Positions 17,600 through 28,159 of a stretch of 64,000 bases of DNA are shown here, piece by piece. Position 1 is the stretch's first letter. Each line of letters begins with the position of its first letter. Under the pieces are notes generated by a model. That model searched no databases, had not been told where the DNA came from, and saw only the letters and a list, made by a program, of their open reading frames with translations. A program made the position numbers and the translations under genes. Source of the stretch: Candidatus Poribacteria bacterium (GTDB taxonomy: Bacteria; Poribacteria; WGA-4E; WGA-3G); the NCBI GenBank assembly GCA_964291315.2, contig OZ219753.1, positions 2,048,001 through 2,112,000 on the forward strand, given 5' to 3'.

Positions 17600-18472
17600 A
17601 TGTTTAAATCCATTGAAGATGTCCAAACCGCGTGTGAGAAACAGGCGTATATCGTAGATAAGGGTTTGGCGACAACCCTCTATCTCGCACACCACCTCCA
17701 AAAACCTATCTTTCTGGAAGGCGAACCGGGGGTTGGTAAAACAGAGGTCGCTAAAGTCCTGGCGGGTTCAACAAACGCCAAACTCATCCGTTTGCAGTGT
17801 TACGAAGGCTTAGATGTAAACAGTGCGCTCTACGAATGGAACTATACACGGCAAATCTTGCAGCTCCGCATTGACGAAGCACAGAGACGAGATAAAGAAG
17901 ACATCGGAACGGATCTGTTCAGTGAGGCGTTCCTACTGAAACGTCCGTTGCTAGAAGCCATTCAGAGCGACGATGAGGTCCCACCGGTCCTACTCATTGA
18001 TGAAATAGACCGGAGCGACAGCGAATTTGAAGCGTTCCTGCTCGAAGTTTTGTCAGACTTCCAGATCACCATTCCCGAAATTGGTACGATCCGTGCGAAA
18101 CACATCCCACAAGTTGTGCTAACCTCAAACCGGACGCGCGAGGTACACGAAGCCCTCAAACGCCGATGCCTTTATCAGTGGATCGACTATCCAACAATTG
18201 AAAAAGAGCTAGCGATTGTTCAAACGAAGCTGCCAGACATTGATGAACACCTCGCGGAGCAGCTGTGCCAGATAATGCAGCTGTGGAGGCAAGGCGATTA
18301 CTACAAAAAACCAGGAGTGGCGGAGACGCTAGACTGGGCATTGGCTCTCATCACACTCGGTAAGGCGCAACTAGACGCCGCAGTTGTTGCGGAAACGCTT
18401 GGATGTGTATTTAAGTATCAGGATGACATTCAACGCGCCCACAAGGTGGAACTATCTGAATTCGGGTTATAG
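17600..18472 (+). CDS. MoxR-family AAA+ ATPase (CoxD-like)
   Basis: GEPGVGKT Walker A, RLQCYEGLD, LLIDEID, TSNRTREVHEALKRRC, KKPGVAETLDW. Confidence 0.9.
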   Translation: MFKSIEDVQTACEKQAYIVDKGLATTLYLAHHLQKPIFLEGEPGVGKTEVAKVLAGSTNAKLIRLQCYEGLDVNSALYEWNYTRQILQLRIDEAQRRDKEDIGTDLFSEAFLLKRPLLEAIQSDDEVPPVLLIDEIDRSDSEFEAFLLEVLSDFQITIPEIGTIRAKHIPQVVLTSNRTREVHEALKRRCLYQWIDYPTIEKELAIVQTKLPDIDEHLAEQLCQIMQLWRQGDYYKKPGVAETLDWALALITLGKAQLDAAVVAETLGCVFKYQDDIQRAHKVELSEFGL

Positions 18473-18542
18473 CCAGTACGTCGATTGCACAGCACTCCTA
18501 TCGAGCCGGAGTCATTGCACATCACAATTCAACAATCAACAA

Positions 18543-18665
18543 GATGAAGCAAATTATACGCTCCCGATCGGTTTAGCGAGCTCGTTGGCATTTATCGGCA
18601 ATTATGGCACGCTGATCGCAGGAACGCTGCTCTCACTGATGCCGATTATTATTCCGTTTTTAGAG
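18543..18665 (+). pseudogene. Remnant of a carbohydrate ABC permease C-terminus
   Basis: YTLPIGLAS...GNYGTLIAGTLLSLMPIII resembles a MalG-type permease tail; no recognisable permease N-terminus. Confidence 0.45.
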
Positions 18666-18719
18666 CATCATGAATTTGGGCAGAGAAGCACTTTAGCACA
18701 TGTTAAGGAGTAAAAAACA

Positions 18720-19031
18720 GTGTCAGATTACACAACGGTCACAAAAACATCAGCTATCCGTGAAGGCCGCGGAAAAGCGTTTACTGTCAACGGAAAACGG
18801 ATTGCTATTTTCAACGAAAATGGTTCATTCTGCGCTGTGGACAACACCTGTCCGCATGCCTTGGGCTCTCTCGGTAGAGGCAGAATTCGGAACGGTATCG
18901 CTGTGTGTCCTGTTCACGGCTACGCCTACAATACGAAAACGGGAGAATGTCAAACCGACCCACGCCTTCGTATCAGGACATATCCGGTGATGGTTGACGA
19001 CGAAAAGATTAAAGTAAAAATAGAATCGTGA
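18720..19031 (+). CDS. Rieske [2Fe-2S] ferredoxin (NirD/dioxygenase ferredoxin-like)
   Basis: CPH...CPVHG; AAGGAG RBS. Confidence 0.9.
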   Translation: MSDYTTVTKTSAIREGRGKAFTVNGKRIAIFNENGSFCAVDNTCPHALGSLGRGRIRNGIAVCPVHGYAYNTKTGECQTDPRLRIRTYPVMVDDEKIKVKIES

Positions 19032-19217
19032 AAAAATTGTGTTCATCTCACATTTCAATAGAGTTGATCGCAGTACCTAACTCAGAAAAGGGCTCTATAA
19101 ATGCCAATGTAAACCCAATCAAATGAATTTGCGTTTCTACAACTAATTGCGTTACCATATTTAAGTGTCAAATGCATGAAAGTAAAATAAAATTAAATAA
19201 AGAGGAGCTACAATTCA

Positions 19218-20342
19218 GTGGGCTGTTTTATACGCAAAATTTTCATCCTACTTTTATCGATTGCCATCTTTCTACCGGTTCGCGCATTAGCGGGGCCTGG
19301 ACGGACAGGGGCACAAATCTTAAACCTCGGCGGGGGAGCAAGGGCAAGAGCACTTGGAGACGCCTTTTCCGCTATGTCTGGGGACGTGACTACGTCGCTC
19401 TGGAACCCAAGTGGATTGGCAGAAATGCCTGAGAGCAAACTCCGTTCAGGGAAACCAGCTACGCAGGCTTCAATGTTTTATGCGGATTACAGTGGACCTT
19501 TCGGGGAAGCCGGTGAGGGACTCTACTACACTTTCATTTCTGGTGCGATGCCGCTGGGAGGTATTGGCACTGTTGGCGCGACCCTCCAAATGCAAGGGCA
19601 AGGAACGATCGCTGTAACAACGGATTCGCCAGACGTGCTTCGCGAGGAAAGCCTCGGCACCAACTTCGCTTTGACGTTCTCGTACGCGGACCGGATCACG
19701 GAATCTTTGTCCGCTGGCATCAACGGCAAAATGATTCGGATGGTACTTGGCCGTGAAAGCGGAATCTCTTATGCAGTTGATCTCGGCATGCAATACCATC
19801 TCCCTTTTGACCTTATACCCACAAGAATCGGTGTAGCAATCCAGAACGTCGGTCCGGGTATCTCTTTTATTGATGAAAACCAAGCGGATCCGTTACCTCG
19901 GCTCTTAAGACTCGGCACTTCAATGAGTCTCTATCAAGATAGATATAACCACCTCCGTCTCGTCAGTGGTATCACAGCATATATTGATAAGCTGTCGGAA
20001 AACGAAGCTGAATTAGCCGTGGACTTAGAACGCCTCAACGCTGAAAGGAAAGAAAAACTCACACGGGAACAGCTGCTTTCCGATCGCGGTGTCGGGATCC
20101 GGGCATTTGAATTGCGGCACCTTCAAAAGAATCTCGGATTAGAGTACTGGCTTGCTAACTTGCTCGCGCTACGGGTCGGGTACAAATCTGAACCTGGCGT
20201 TAACTTGCCGGAATTGACAGATCACATTACCTACGGCATTGGGGTCCAATATTATCTATTCAACTTTGACTTAACGTACGGACCGCGCTTCGGTCCGAGT
20301 CGCGAACGGCTCATTGAAGCTACCGGGATGCTTATTTTTTAA
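19218..20342 (+). CDS. PorV/PorQ-family outer-membrane protein
   Basis: Signal peptide; GARARALGDAF....D.T...WNPSGL plug motif; N.GP.ISF.DENQADPLP; barrel strands ending in F. Confidence 0.8.
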   Translation: MGCFIRKIFILLLSIAIFLPVRALAGPGRTGAQILNLGGGARARALGDAFSAMSGDVTTSLWNPSGLAEMPESKLRSGKPATQASMFYADYSGPFGEAGEGLYYTFISGAMPLGGIGTVGATLQMQGQGTIAVTTDSPDVLREESLGTNFALTFSYADRITESLSAGINGKMIRMVLGRESGISYAVDLGMQYHLPFDLIPTRIGVAIQNVGPGISFIDENQADPLPRLLRLGTSMSLYQDRYNHLRLVSGITAYIDKLSENEAELAVDLERLNAERKEKLTREQLLSDRGVGIRAFELRHLQKNLGLEYWLANLLALRVGYKSEPGVNLPELTDHITYGIGVQYYLFNFDLTYGPRFGPSRERLIEATGMLIF

Positions 20343-20358
20343 GGGGAAAGAACACAAA

Positions 20359-21183
20359 GTGAGATTTATTAACACCCAAATTTTGATAATTGTACCAATA
20401 TTCTGTTTATCGTCCAGCTTTTGCTTAGCATCCGAAGTTTCCTCCGTCCCATTATTCACGACTTTCTATCTGGATTCCGCTCTCGGCAACCGTTCATTTA
20501 CCGACAGAGCGGAAGCCGTTGAAGCTCTGGAAACGAGCGAAAGTCTTCAATCCCGGAAATCTCCGAATGAGGCGTTTTTTTATTCGCTCGTTGTTCCCGG
20601 CATGGGGCAACTCTATACGGGCGCTAAGCGCGGATATCTTTACACCGCTACCGAAGTAGGTCTGATCGCGACCTATTTTATTCTCCGAAATAGCGCCACC
20701 AACACTCGAGAAGACTATCGCGACGTTGTCAGACAGAATGTAATTTTTGAAGGCCCGGGCTCCTTTGAGGATTGGGACCCGATTGAAGATTTTGAGCATG
20801 CCACACAATATGAAAATTGGAATCACGTTTATGATTCAGAAGAAACTCGGAAACGAACCGGCAAATGGTACTGGAACGACGCAAAATCCTTTAAAGATGA
20901 AGCCGATGTAGACATTGAATTCGATTCTCCACACCGCCTAGAGGCTTTTGACTTACGGCAGAAAGCAAACGATACCTTTCAACTTGCGCGGACAGTATTA
21001 GGCGTAGCCATCTTGAACCACATTGTGAGTGCCGTGGAGGCACGGATCACGACCAAACGTTTCAACACCGGCTTGCAAAATTCACTCACGCAAGCAGAAA
21101 CAAGGGGATTTGAGGTAGATATAAAAACTGATATGTCAACAGGCGCACTCGCCGGGACGCTTGTTCTACGAAAAAGGTTTTAG
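20359..21183 (+). CDS. Hypothetical exported/membrane protein (DUF5683-like SLVVPG.GQ.Y motif)
   Basis: KSPNEAFFYSLVVPGMGQLYTG; NHIVSAVEA; start uncertain (GTG 20359). Confidence 0.65.
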   Translation: MRFINTQILIIVPIFCLSSSFCLASEVSSVPLFTTFYLDSALGNRSFTDRAEAVEALETSESLQSRKSPNEAFFYSLVVPGMGQLYTGAKRGYLYTATEVGLIATYFILRNSATNTREDYRDVVRQNVIFEGPGSFEDWDPIEDFEHATQYENWNHVYDSEETRKRTGKWYWNDAKSFKDEADVDIEFDSPHRLEAFDLRQKANDTFQLARTVLGVAILNHIVSAVEARITTKRFNTGLQNSLTQAETRGFEVDIKTDMSTGALAGTLVLRKRF

Positions 21184-21194
21184 CAGGAGAACCT

Positions 21195-22133
21195 ATGTCA
21201 TTAGAGATACCACAACTATTAGATGCTCTCAATTCGGTTACAACGATACCTATTATCCCCTTCAGGGGAAACACAATTGATTATATCGGGCATTCGAAAA
21301 ACATCGACTACTTGATGCATAACAATTATCTCGATCAAGGACGAAAGCGCGTCATCGCTATTGCTGGAACGAGTTTAATTCATCATATCAGCGATGCCGA
21401 CCAAATTCGCCTTATTGACAAAACTGGACAGCAAATAGGAAACGATGGTATTCTCATGGCTGGTGTTGTTCCAAATCCTATCTGTCAAGCAGCCCAACTC
21501 ATAGAAGCACAGAGCAAACTCCAAAGGCCACCGGACGTGTATCTGCTCATGCCTTTAACGGGTATTTCTCACCCAGAGGGTATTTACGAAGAATACATGA
21601 AATTCGGTGAAACTTATGGCACGGCTTGCGGTGCACGTTTCCTCTATTACCTCCGTCAAAAACGCGAACTATCTACAGTCATCCGCCTCCTCAACGATTC
21701 CCCGCATTTTATTGGTGTGAAAATTGGCACCGGAGAAACAGATGTGAAGCCGCTTGTAGATGGAGTCGGCGATAGCGGACTTGTGATGTGGGGTATCGGA
21801 GACAGATGTACGCGTCCGGCGCAGCTCGGAACAAAAGGACATACCTCTGGTATCGCGGTCGCCTTCGCGCGCGCCTCGGACGAGATTAACAACGCACAAC
21901 GCCGTGGTGATTATGAAACCTCGGCACGCATTGAAACCGATATCGAGCCGCTTGAAGAGATCCGTTTCATGAATGAACGCGTTTACAATTATTCGGCTGT
22001 CGTTGAAGCGATGATCCTAAGCAGGTTTGACGACATTGAAGCGGGAGCCGGCGGTCCCTTTAATCCACGTGTTCCACCTAGAATTCAGGAACAACTCCGC
22101 AAGGCGATGCCAAACCTAAAACCTTATCATTGA
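21195..22133 (+). CDS. Dihydrodipicolinate synthase-like class I aldolase
   Basis: IPIIPF...ID, LYY and IGVKIG Schiff-base lysine context, GHTSG. Confidence 0.7.
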   Translation: MSLEIPQLLDALNSVTTIPIIPFRGNTIDYIGHSKNIDYLMHNNYLDQGRKRVIAIAGTSLIHHISDADQIRLIDKTGQQIGNDGILMAGVVPNPICQAAQLIEAQSKLQRPPDVYLLMPLTGISHPEGIYEEYMKFGETYGTACGARFLYYLRQKRELSTVIRLLNDSPHFIGVKIGTGETDVKPLVDGVGDSGLVMWGIGDRCTRPAQLGTKGHTSGIAVAFARASDEINNAQRRGDYETSARIETDIEPLEEIRFMNERVYNYSAVVEAMILSRFDDIEAGAGGPFNPRVPPRIQEQLRKAMPNLKPYH

Positions 22134-22242
22134 ACGGCATTCAAGAAGTAGGAGTCTATAGGGTGAACTGTTCTTGTGTAACTAACACAATCAATAGCCA
22201 ACCTTCGTTCTAATTTTTATTTTCTGTTCAGGGAAATCTGCT

Positions 22243-23964
22243 ATGTCCTACGATAGTTTAGCCCTCCGTCTTGTTGTCCATGAGCTGCGTGACACCTTGT
22301 TGAATGGGACAATTCGCCATATTGAACAAACAAATGCGAACACTTTTTCATTCAGGGTGGGGCGTGCTGCGGAAACGTATTGGCTCACCTTATCGGGGCA
22401 TTCATTGCATGCGCGGGCGCATCTCATTGAGAAGCCACCAAGGGGTCAGAAGCAGTCTTACCTCGCGGGTTTTCTCACAACGCATCTCAGAGGTGGCAAG
22501 ATCACTGCAATTGAACAGCTCGGTTGGGATCGGATACTTAAGATAACAGTCCAACCAGTCTCTGACGATCCTATTCACCGCTGTCCAAAGGCCCTTATAG
22601 CAGAATTCATGGGAAAATATAGCAACATCATCCTCATTGACACAGATGACAACCGGATTTTGGAAAGTCTGAAGCGTATTGATGAAACGATGAGTCGGCA
22701 TCGTGAAATTTTGCCAGGTGAGAATTATACCTTACCGCCACACCAGAAAAAATTGGACCCGTTGGCTTTAAACAAATCAGGATTTAGAGAACTAGTCGGC
22801 GGGCAGGAACAGGTGAGTTGGCGGAAACTTTTTAATCAGATTGACGGTTTCAGTCCAACCCTCGCAAAAGAGGTAGTCGCGCGCGCTGCACATATCGAAC
22901 TGTGGGATGCCTATCAACAGGTTATCGCCTATTTCAACCCGAAGCATGCCTCTCCGCAATTGCTTATGGATGACGGGGGGCCGGTTGCAGCGTCCCCGCT
23001 ACCTTTGCGCCAGTTTCCGCAAGCCTCCTGTCGAACGTTTGATACTATGAACGAGGCACTCTGTGCATACTACGCGGCGATCACGCTAAAAGAGCAGACT
23101 GCTTCGGAACAGCATAAACTTATACAAGCATTGAAGAAACAAGAAAATCTACTCCAGCGAAAAGCAGAGGGACTGCGCGGTGACTTGGAACGGGCAGAAA
23201 AAGCCGAAGATTACCGCGTTCAGGGCGAGTTGCTTCTTGCCAACCTACCTGCAATCCAGCGCGGACAAAAAGAGGTCGAGCTGCAAAACTATTACAGTTC
23301 TAACCTAGATATGCTGTCAATCCCGCTCAATCCTGAGCAGACCCCTTCCGAAAATGCTCAAGCCTACTTCAAGAAGTACACAAAGGCAAAGCGGGGACGA
23401 TCGCGCATCATGCAACTGATTTCCGACCTTGAGGCGGAGCAGGAAATGCTCCAGCTATATGCGTCCAAATTGGAAGCAGCTGATACCTTAGAGGCACTCC
23501 AAAACCTCCGTGCTGAGTTCGTTAAAAACGGATATGTCAAAGCACAGCAGCACGGAAAACAGAAACCAAAAACAGAGGCAGCTCCTTTCCGAAGATATAC
23601 TTCCACCAACGGATTCCAGATATACGTTGGACGGAACAGTCACTCCAACGATTTGCTCTTACGTCAGATCGCTAAACCGCGTGATATGTGGCTCCATGCG
23701 AAGCAGATTCACGGTTCCCATGTTATCATTCGTAACCCAGAGAACCGACAAGATATTCCGATGCCGACGTTATTACAAGCCGCCCAGCTCGCCGCCTATT
23801 ACAGCAAAGCACATCATGCCAGCAATGTCCCGGTTGATTATACATGGGCGCGGTATGTTGTTAAGCGCAAGGGGAACGTCGCTGGTTACGTCCATTATAC
23901 GCGCGAGAAGACGTTGTACGTAGAACCCGCTGCGCCCAAGTCTCTGTTTCGTGCAACACAATAA
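22243..23964 (+). CDS. rqcH: NFACT/RqcH (FbpA) ribosome quality control protein
   Basis: MSYD, DRIL, E.MGKYSNIIL, ENAQ.YFKKY.KAK, IYVGRN...ND.L, DMWLHA..I.GSHVII, VDYT. Confidence 0.9.
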   Translation: MSYDSLALRLVVHELRDTLLNGTIRHIEQTNANTFSFRVGRAAETYWLTLSGHSLHARAHLIEKPPRGQKQSYLAGFLTTHLRGGKITAIEQLGWDRILKITVQPVSDDPIHRCPKALIAEFMGKYSNIILIDTDDNRILESLKRIDETMSRHREILPGENYTLPPHQKKLDPLALNKSGFRELVGGQEQVSWRKLFNQIDGFSPTLAKEVVARAAHIELWDAYQQVIAYFNPKHASPQLLMDDGGPVAASPLPLRQFPQASCRTFDTMNEALCAYYAAITLKEQTASEQHKLIQALKKQENLLQRKAEGLRGDLERAEKAEDYRVQGELLLANLPAIQRGQKEVELQNYYSSNLDMLSIPLNPEQTPSENAQAYFKKYTKAKRGRSRIMQLISDLEAEQEMLQLYASKLEAADTLEALQNLRAEFVKNGYVKAQQHGKQKPKTEAAPFRRYTSTNGFQIYVGRNSHSNDLLLRQIAKPRDMWLHAKQIHGSHVIIRNPENRQDIPMPTLLQAAQLAAYYSKAHHASNVPVDYTWARYVVKRKGNVAGYVHYTREKTLYVEPAAPKSLFRATQ

Positions 23965-24068
23965 CATAAATCCTAGAAAAGCCTAAAAAAAATGCGCGTC
24001 AAGAGCTCTGTCTTTGAGCTTCTAAAAACCGGGCACAAAACCACCGTTTAAACCAAAACCTCCCTTTT

Positions 24069-26943
24069 TTAATACCTCCGGTCTCCGAAACTATGCAAGC
24101 TCATGACCTCATTTCCGCGCGGGTCGATGACTTTGACTGCGACCTGTTTATGCGGTCCAGAACGGAACGGAAACGACGTTGTACCACTGAACCGCTCAAA
24201 CTGCTCTTCATCAATAACGCCTTTCAAGGCACGGGCAATCTTCTGCCACGCCGTCTTGTCCGGGAAGAAGGCTTGTGTGATGCAGAACGTGCGTCCATCG
24301 TAGTCGGTATCCACAAACCACGCCGCCACCTTATCTACACCCGCAGAACGCACGGTGTTGTCTGCCGGGTTGTAGATGTCGACACCCTCCATCTTGACAA
24401 TATACTCACCTTCATCGGTTTCCTCAAGCGTTGTGCGGGGCATTCCGAAGACGGTAAAGAGCTGCGTTGAGGGTGTCTGCTTGAGGAGTCCACCCATTGC
24501 GACATCCGGGTTGATGTGTGCCATATGGATACGGACCCTGGGGTTCGGATCGTCTTGGATAACCGCTTGTGCCGCGCCGTCAAAACTGAACCCCGCGAAG
24601 ACGAGTTCATCATAGCCACGGCGGGAGGCGATGGGTAGACACGCCTCGACTTGCATTGCGGTGATGGGGCCGTGCTGTGGTCCAAATGCGACGGCGACGG
24701 AGGATTCGGTATCGCAGTGTTTCCAAGTGCCTTCTGCGTGGAGGATATCGGCTTCGAGGGGGTCGAGGGTGTCGAATGTCAATGTGTTGTTATTAGTGAA
24801 TCGGACGCCGTCGTGTCGGAGGTGATGTATCATCTGTTCGAGGTATGCCTCGGCATTGACTGCTTGGTGCGTGTCGGTCTCGGCATCAAAAGTGGTTTTG
24901 ACTTCTTCGGGTTGTGCTGCGATAGGTGAATCAAGGTCGAGCGACTCTTCTGCGGGTTGCACTGCCTCTACGGTGAAGGGACCGGTGACGCGCACTCGTT
25001 TTCTGTCGATGTGTGGCTGATCGACAAGTTCTTCGGTTTCAGATGCTGCGGCGATGCATGCGTTGATGTCGTGCATCTTTGCTTGCCACGCTTTGCGGTA
25101 GTCTACGAGAGCGTGTTGTAGTGTTTTTGGCCAGTCGGGGTCTGTATCGAAGGGTACTTGCCAGTCGTTCCAGTGTGTATCTGGTAGCTGCCAGCGTCTT
25201 TTATCTGCGTCTGTGATGGCAGTTTTGCCGTGTTTTTTCTGTTTATCGGTGAGTTTTGCGAGAAGTTTTATGCGAAGCGGGGGGGGTAATCTGTGATAAG
25301 TTGTTGTTCAAAGCATCCAACTTCTCTTTCAATATCGGCTCATGCTTGGCAAATATCGGATCCAGGGCCGTATTTTGGGCGATACTTTTGAGGGTGATAT
25401 GCGGAGCCTGTTTATTGACAAAACCCCCAATGATGCCCTTCGATTCATCTTTGAGTTTGTAGTAATCAAAGGCTCCTGTCAATAAGCGTTGTCGGGCTAA
25501 GGCGACAGCCACGCGGCTGGTATCAATCGCAATCCAGCGTCTGCCCCACTGCTCAGCAACATAGGCAGTGGTACCACTTCCACAAGTTGGATCGAGGACA
25601 AGATCGCCTGGGTCTGTGGTCATGAGAAGGCAGCGTGCAACGATTTTATTGTTCGTTTGCACTACGTACATCTTATCAGCAGCACCACCAGATAAATCCG
25701 TCCATACATCCGGAACCCGAGCAACTGGGTAATCGCTGGCCAAACGCTTATACATAATGTTATTATCTGTAGCGAATATTCTATCAGCTCGAATTAAACG
25801 ATCCATACCTTCGTCAGTAGTTGCCCAGTGCCTTCCGGGACGAGGCTGATATTTTTTACCGTTGAATTCTACTGTGTAAGCCCCAGTTTTACTTTCGCCC
25901 TGTGACTGTAAATCTCCCTTCTGTATTCCAGATTTATTAGTGTTATCTTTTCGAACAAAAAGATTATGATATTTTACATTTTCAATGTCTTTTGCAAACC
26001 ATAGGATATAGTTACCCAAGCGATCTATCTTTTTTGCCTGCCTTCCAGATGTCGTTTTGAAGCAAATTTGAGCAACTAATTTTTCGCTCCCAAATACTTC
26101 ATCCATAATACACCGCACCCGATGCACATTCTCATCTCCTATCTGCACAAAAATACTGCCGCTATCGGTCAACAACTCCTTCGCAACAATCAACCGATCC
26201 CGCAGATACGCAAGATATGAGTGGATACCCAAACGCCACGTATCCCGATACGCCTTGATCTGCTCACGCTCACGCGTCAAGTCCTGGGACCTCTCTTTCA
26301 CATCCCGCTGAAAGACGTTCGGTTGAAAGTTAGACGCAAACTTGATGCCATACGGCGGGTCTATGTAGATCATCTGCACCTTGCCACCGAGATTTTCACG
26401 TTGTGCAAGGGAACTCATCACTGTGAGACTATCCCCAAGAATGAGGCGATTCGCCCAATCCACATCGTGCTGGTAAAAGTCAACCGCTGTGCTGTAATCC
26501 TGCTGCGGATCGGCGAAGAGTTCACGTTGGACGTTTTGGCGTTTTGCGGTTTTCAAGATTGCCTTGCTGCTGATGCGTTCGTGGATGTGGAGTGCCACGG
26601 GGTCGACGCTGAAGGTTGCGTTCTCCTGTTTGCCTGTCCATTCAAGCCAGGGGGCATGGTGTCGGAGTGCCTCGGCGAGGGTCGTTGCCTCATCTGCGGA
26701 GAGGGCGCGTTGCTGTGCGATATGGAGAAGTTCGGGGAGTTTGTCTGCGTCTGCGTCTGGGTCGGATCGGAGGCGGGGTGGCAGGTGTGGATTGTATGCG
26801 TATTGCCGTTTCGGGGGCTCTTGGATCTTCCCTTGTGCGGCGATGCCTGCAGGTGGGTTATTCTTTCGGGTAGCAGTACCGTGTCGGTAGTCTCGGACCT
26901 CTTTTAGTTTAGCTGGTTTAGCAGTGCGTTTTTTTCTTGACAT
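24069..26943 (-). pseudogene. Type III Mod-like adenine DNA methyltransferase (beta class), frameshifted at a C8 tract
   Basis: IYIDPPY and VLDPTCGSGTT motifs in the 566-aa ORF; removing one C at 25279-25286 joins it in frame (TPPLRIKLL...WQVPFDTDPDWP...KMHDIN) to the 335-aa ORF ending VAVKVIDPRGNE, giving 957 aa. Confidence 0.85.
25279..25286 (+). repeat. G8 (C8 on coding strand) homopolymer at the frameshift site
   Basis: gaagcGGGGGGGGtaatc. Confidence 0.9.
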
Positions 26944-27380
26944 TCTAGGACCTCTTTATGGAAATTGATACGGTAAGTTGACAATGAAATTGAGCGTTTT
27001 TCAACAAAACGCAAAGATGTAGGTATATTATAACGTGAGTTTGATAGATATTTCACGGCTTTTATAATCTGAAAAATGTAGAGGCAATATCTTCTCAGCA
27101 TTGATGGCTTATCCGTTCGGGGGCATGTCTCCTCGTTGAACTCCAGCAGGGACAAGATTTACCAAGCAGCTCTAAACACTAAATCTTTTTCACACTCAAA
27201 ACCCCCGTTATAGTATTTTTGCAGTTCTGTAAATAGCCGAATCCTATTGTGATCAACTCTTATCAGCTGGTCAGGGAAAATATGACTTAACTTTCACATC
27301 AACTTGTAGTATAATAGAGACAGATAGCGAATCCAGCAGGCGTATGTACAGGCAGGAAGTGTGCTGGTAATTCTAAAGCA

Positions 27381-27425
27381 GTAGAACCAAAATTTGCGGG
27401 CGAAGCCTGCTTCTACAAGAAAAGC
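27381..27425. repeat. GTAG...CTAC REP-like palindrome
   Basis: GTAGAA...GCGGGC GAA GCCTGC TTCTAC followed by AAGAAAAGC. Confidence 0.4.
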
Positions 27426-27625
27426 CCCGTTGGGGATTAGATTTATAGGAAGTTTTTTAACAGAATGGATCTACAACAAATTAACGTCAAGGTTTTTACA
27501 ATTGAAATAGGCGATAGAACACTCATCTGCTGCCTGTTTCTCGATAATCTTCAGATGTTGGAATTTATGGACACAGCCGCCTAGAGCTGTGGAACGTGTG
27601 GATTTATTCATACGGAGGAATTATA

Positions 27626-27967
27626 ATGATAGACTGGATCTATTTTCGGAATGGTTGAAACTCCTGCAAAAAGGTGCAAGATTTACTTGACACACACAAT
27701 TTACAAGCCAAAAGCCGTATAGATGCCCGAAAAGAGAAATTGGAGGCAGAAGCTGTATGGGAATTAATGGGTAGTGCGGAACGCATCGTTGTTGCTAAAG
27801 GGAGACGCGTTGAAACCTTCGTACCAACTGAAGCCTCTCAAGAATCAATTCTAAGAGCGGTGTTGGGACGAAGCGGTCAGCTACGTGCACCGACACTACG
27901 AACCGGTGATGTCTTTCTGGTCGGCTACAACAGTACACTTTACCAGATGGAGGCACCGTTTGCTTAA
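27626..27967 (+). CDS. ArsC/Spx-like thioredoxin-fold selenoprotein (UxxC)
   Basis: GGAGGA RBS then ATG 27626: MIDWIYFRNG-TGA(27656)-NSCKK, in frame with the ORF-track 97-aa product ending LGRSGQLRAPTLRTGDVFLVGYN; 113 aa total. Confidence 0.85.
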
Positions 27968-28159
27968 ACCTACAAATCTGAATTTTTGATACCTAACCTT
28001 GGAAACCCTCAACCTACACGAAAAAGTGAGACAACGGATTTCAAATTTCGTTGCGGATGCCCAGACTAACAATCTATACTACAAGAGAGGGTCCCTAAAT
28101 CTTTTTTCAAACTCACGTTAGAACTATTTTGAGTATTATACTAAGCAGGCTTCGGTAGT

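Noticed and set aside
18605-18620. TGGCACGCTGATCGCA sigma54-like box upstream of the Rieske gene
   Set aside because: Imperfect -12 element, and it lies inside the ABC-permease remnant, so coding origin explains it.
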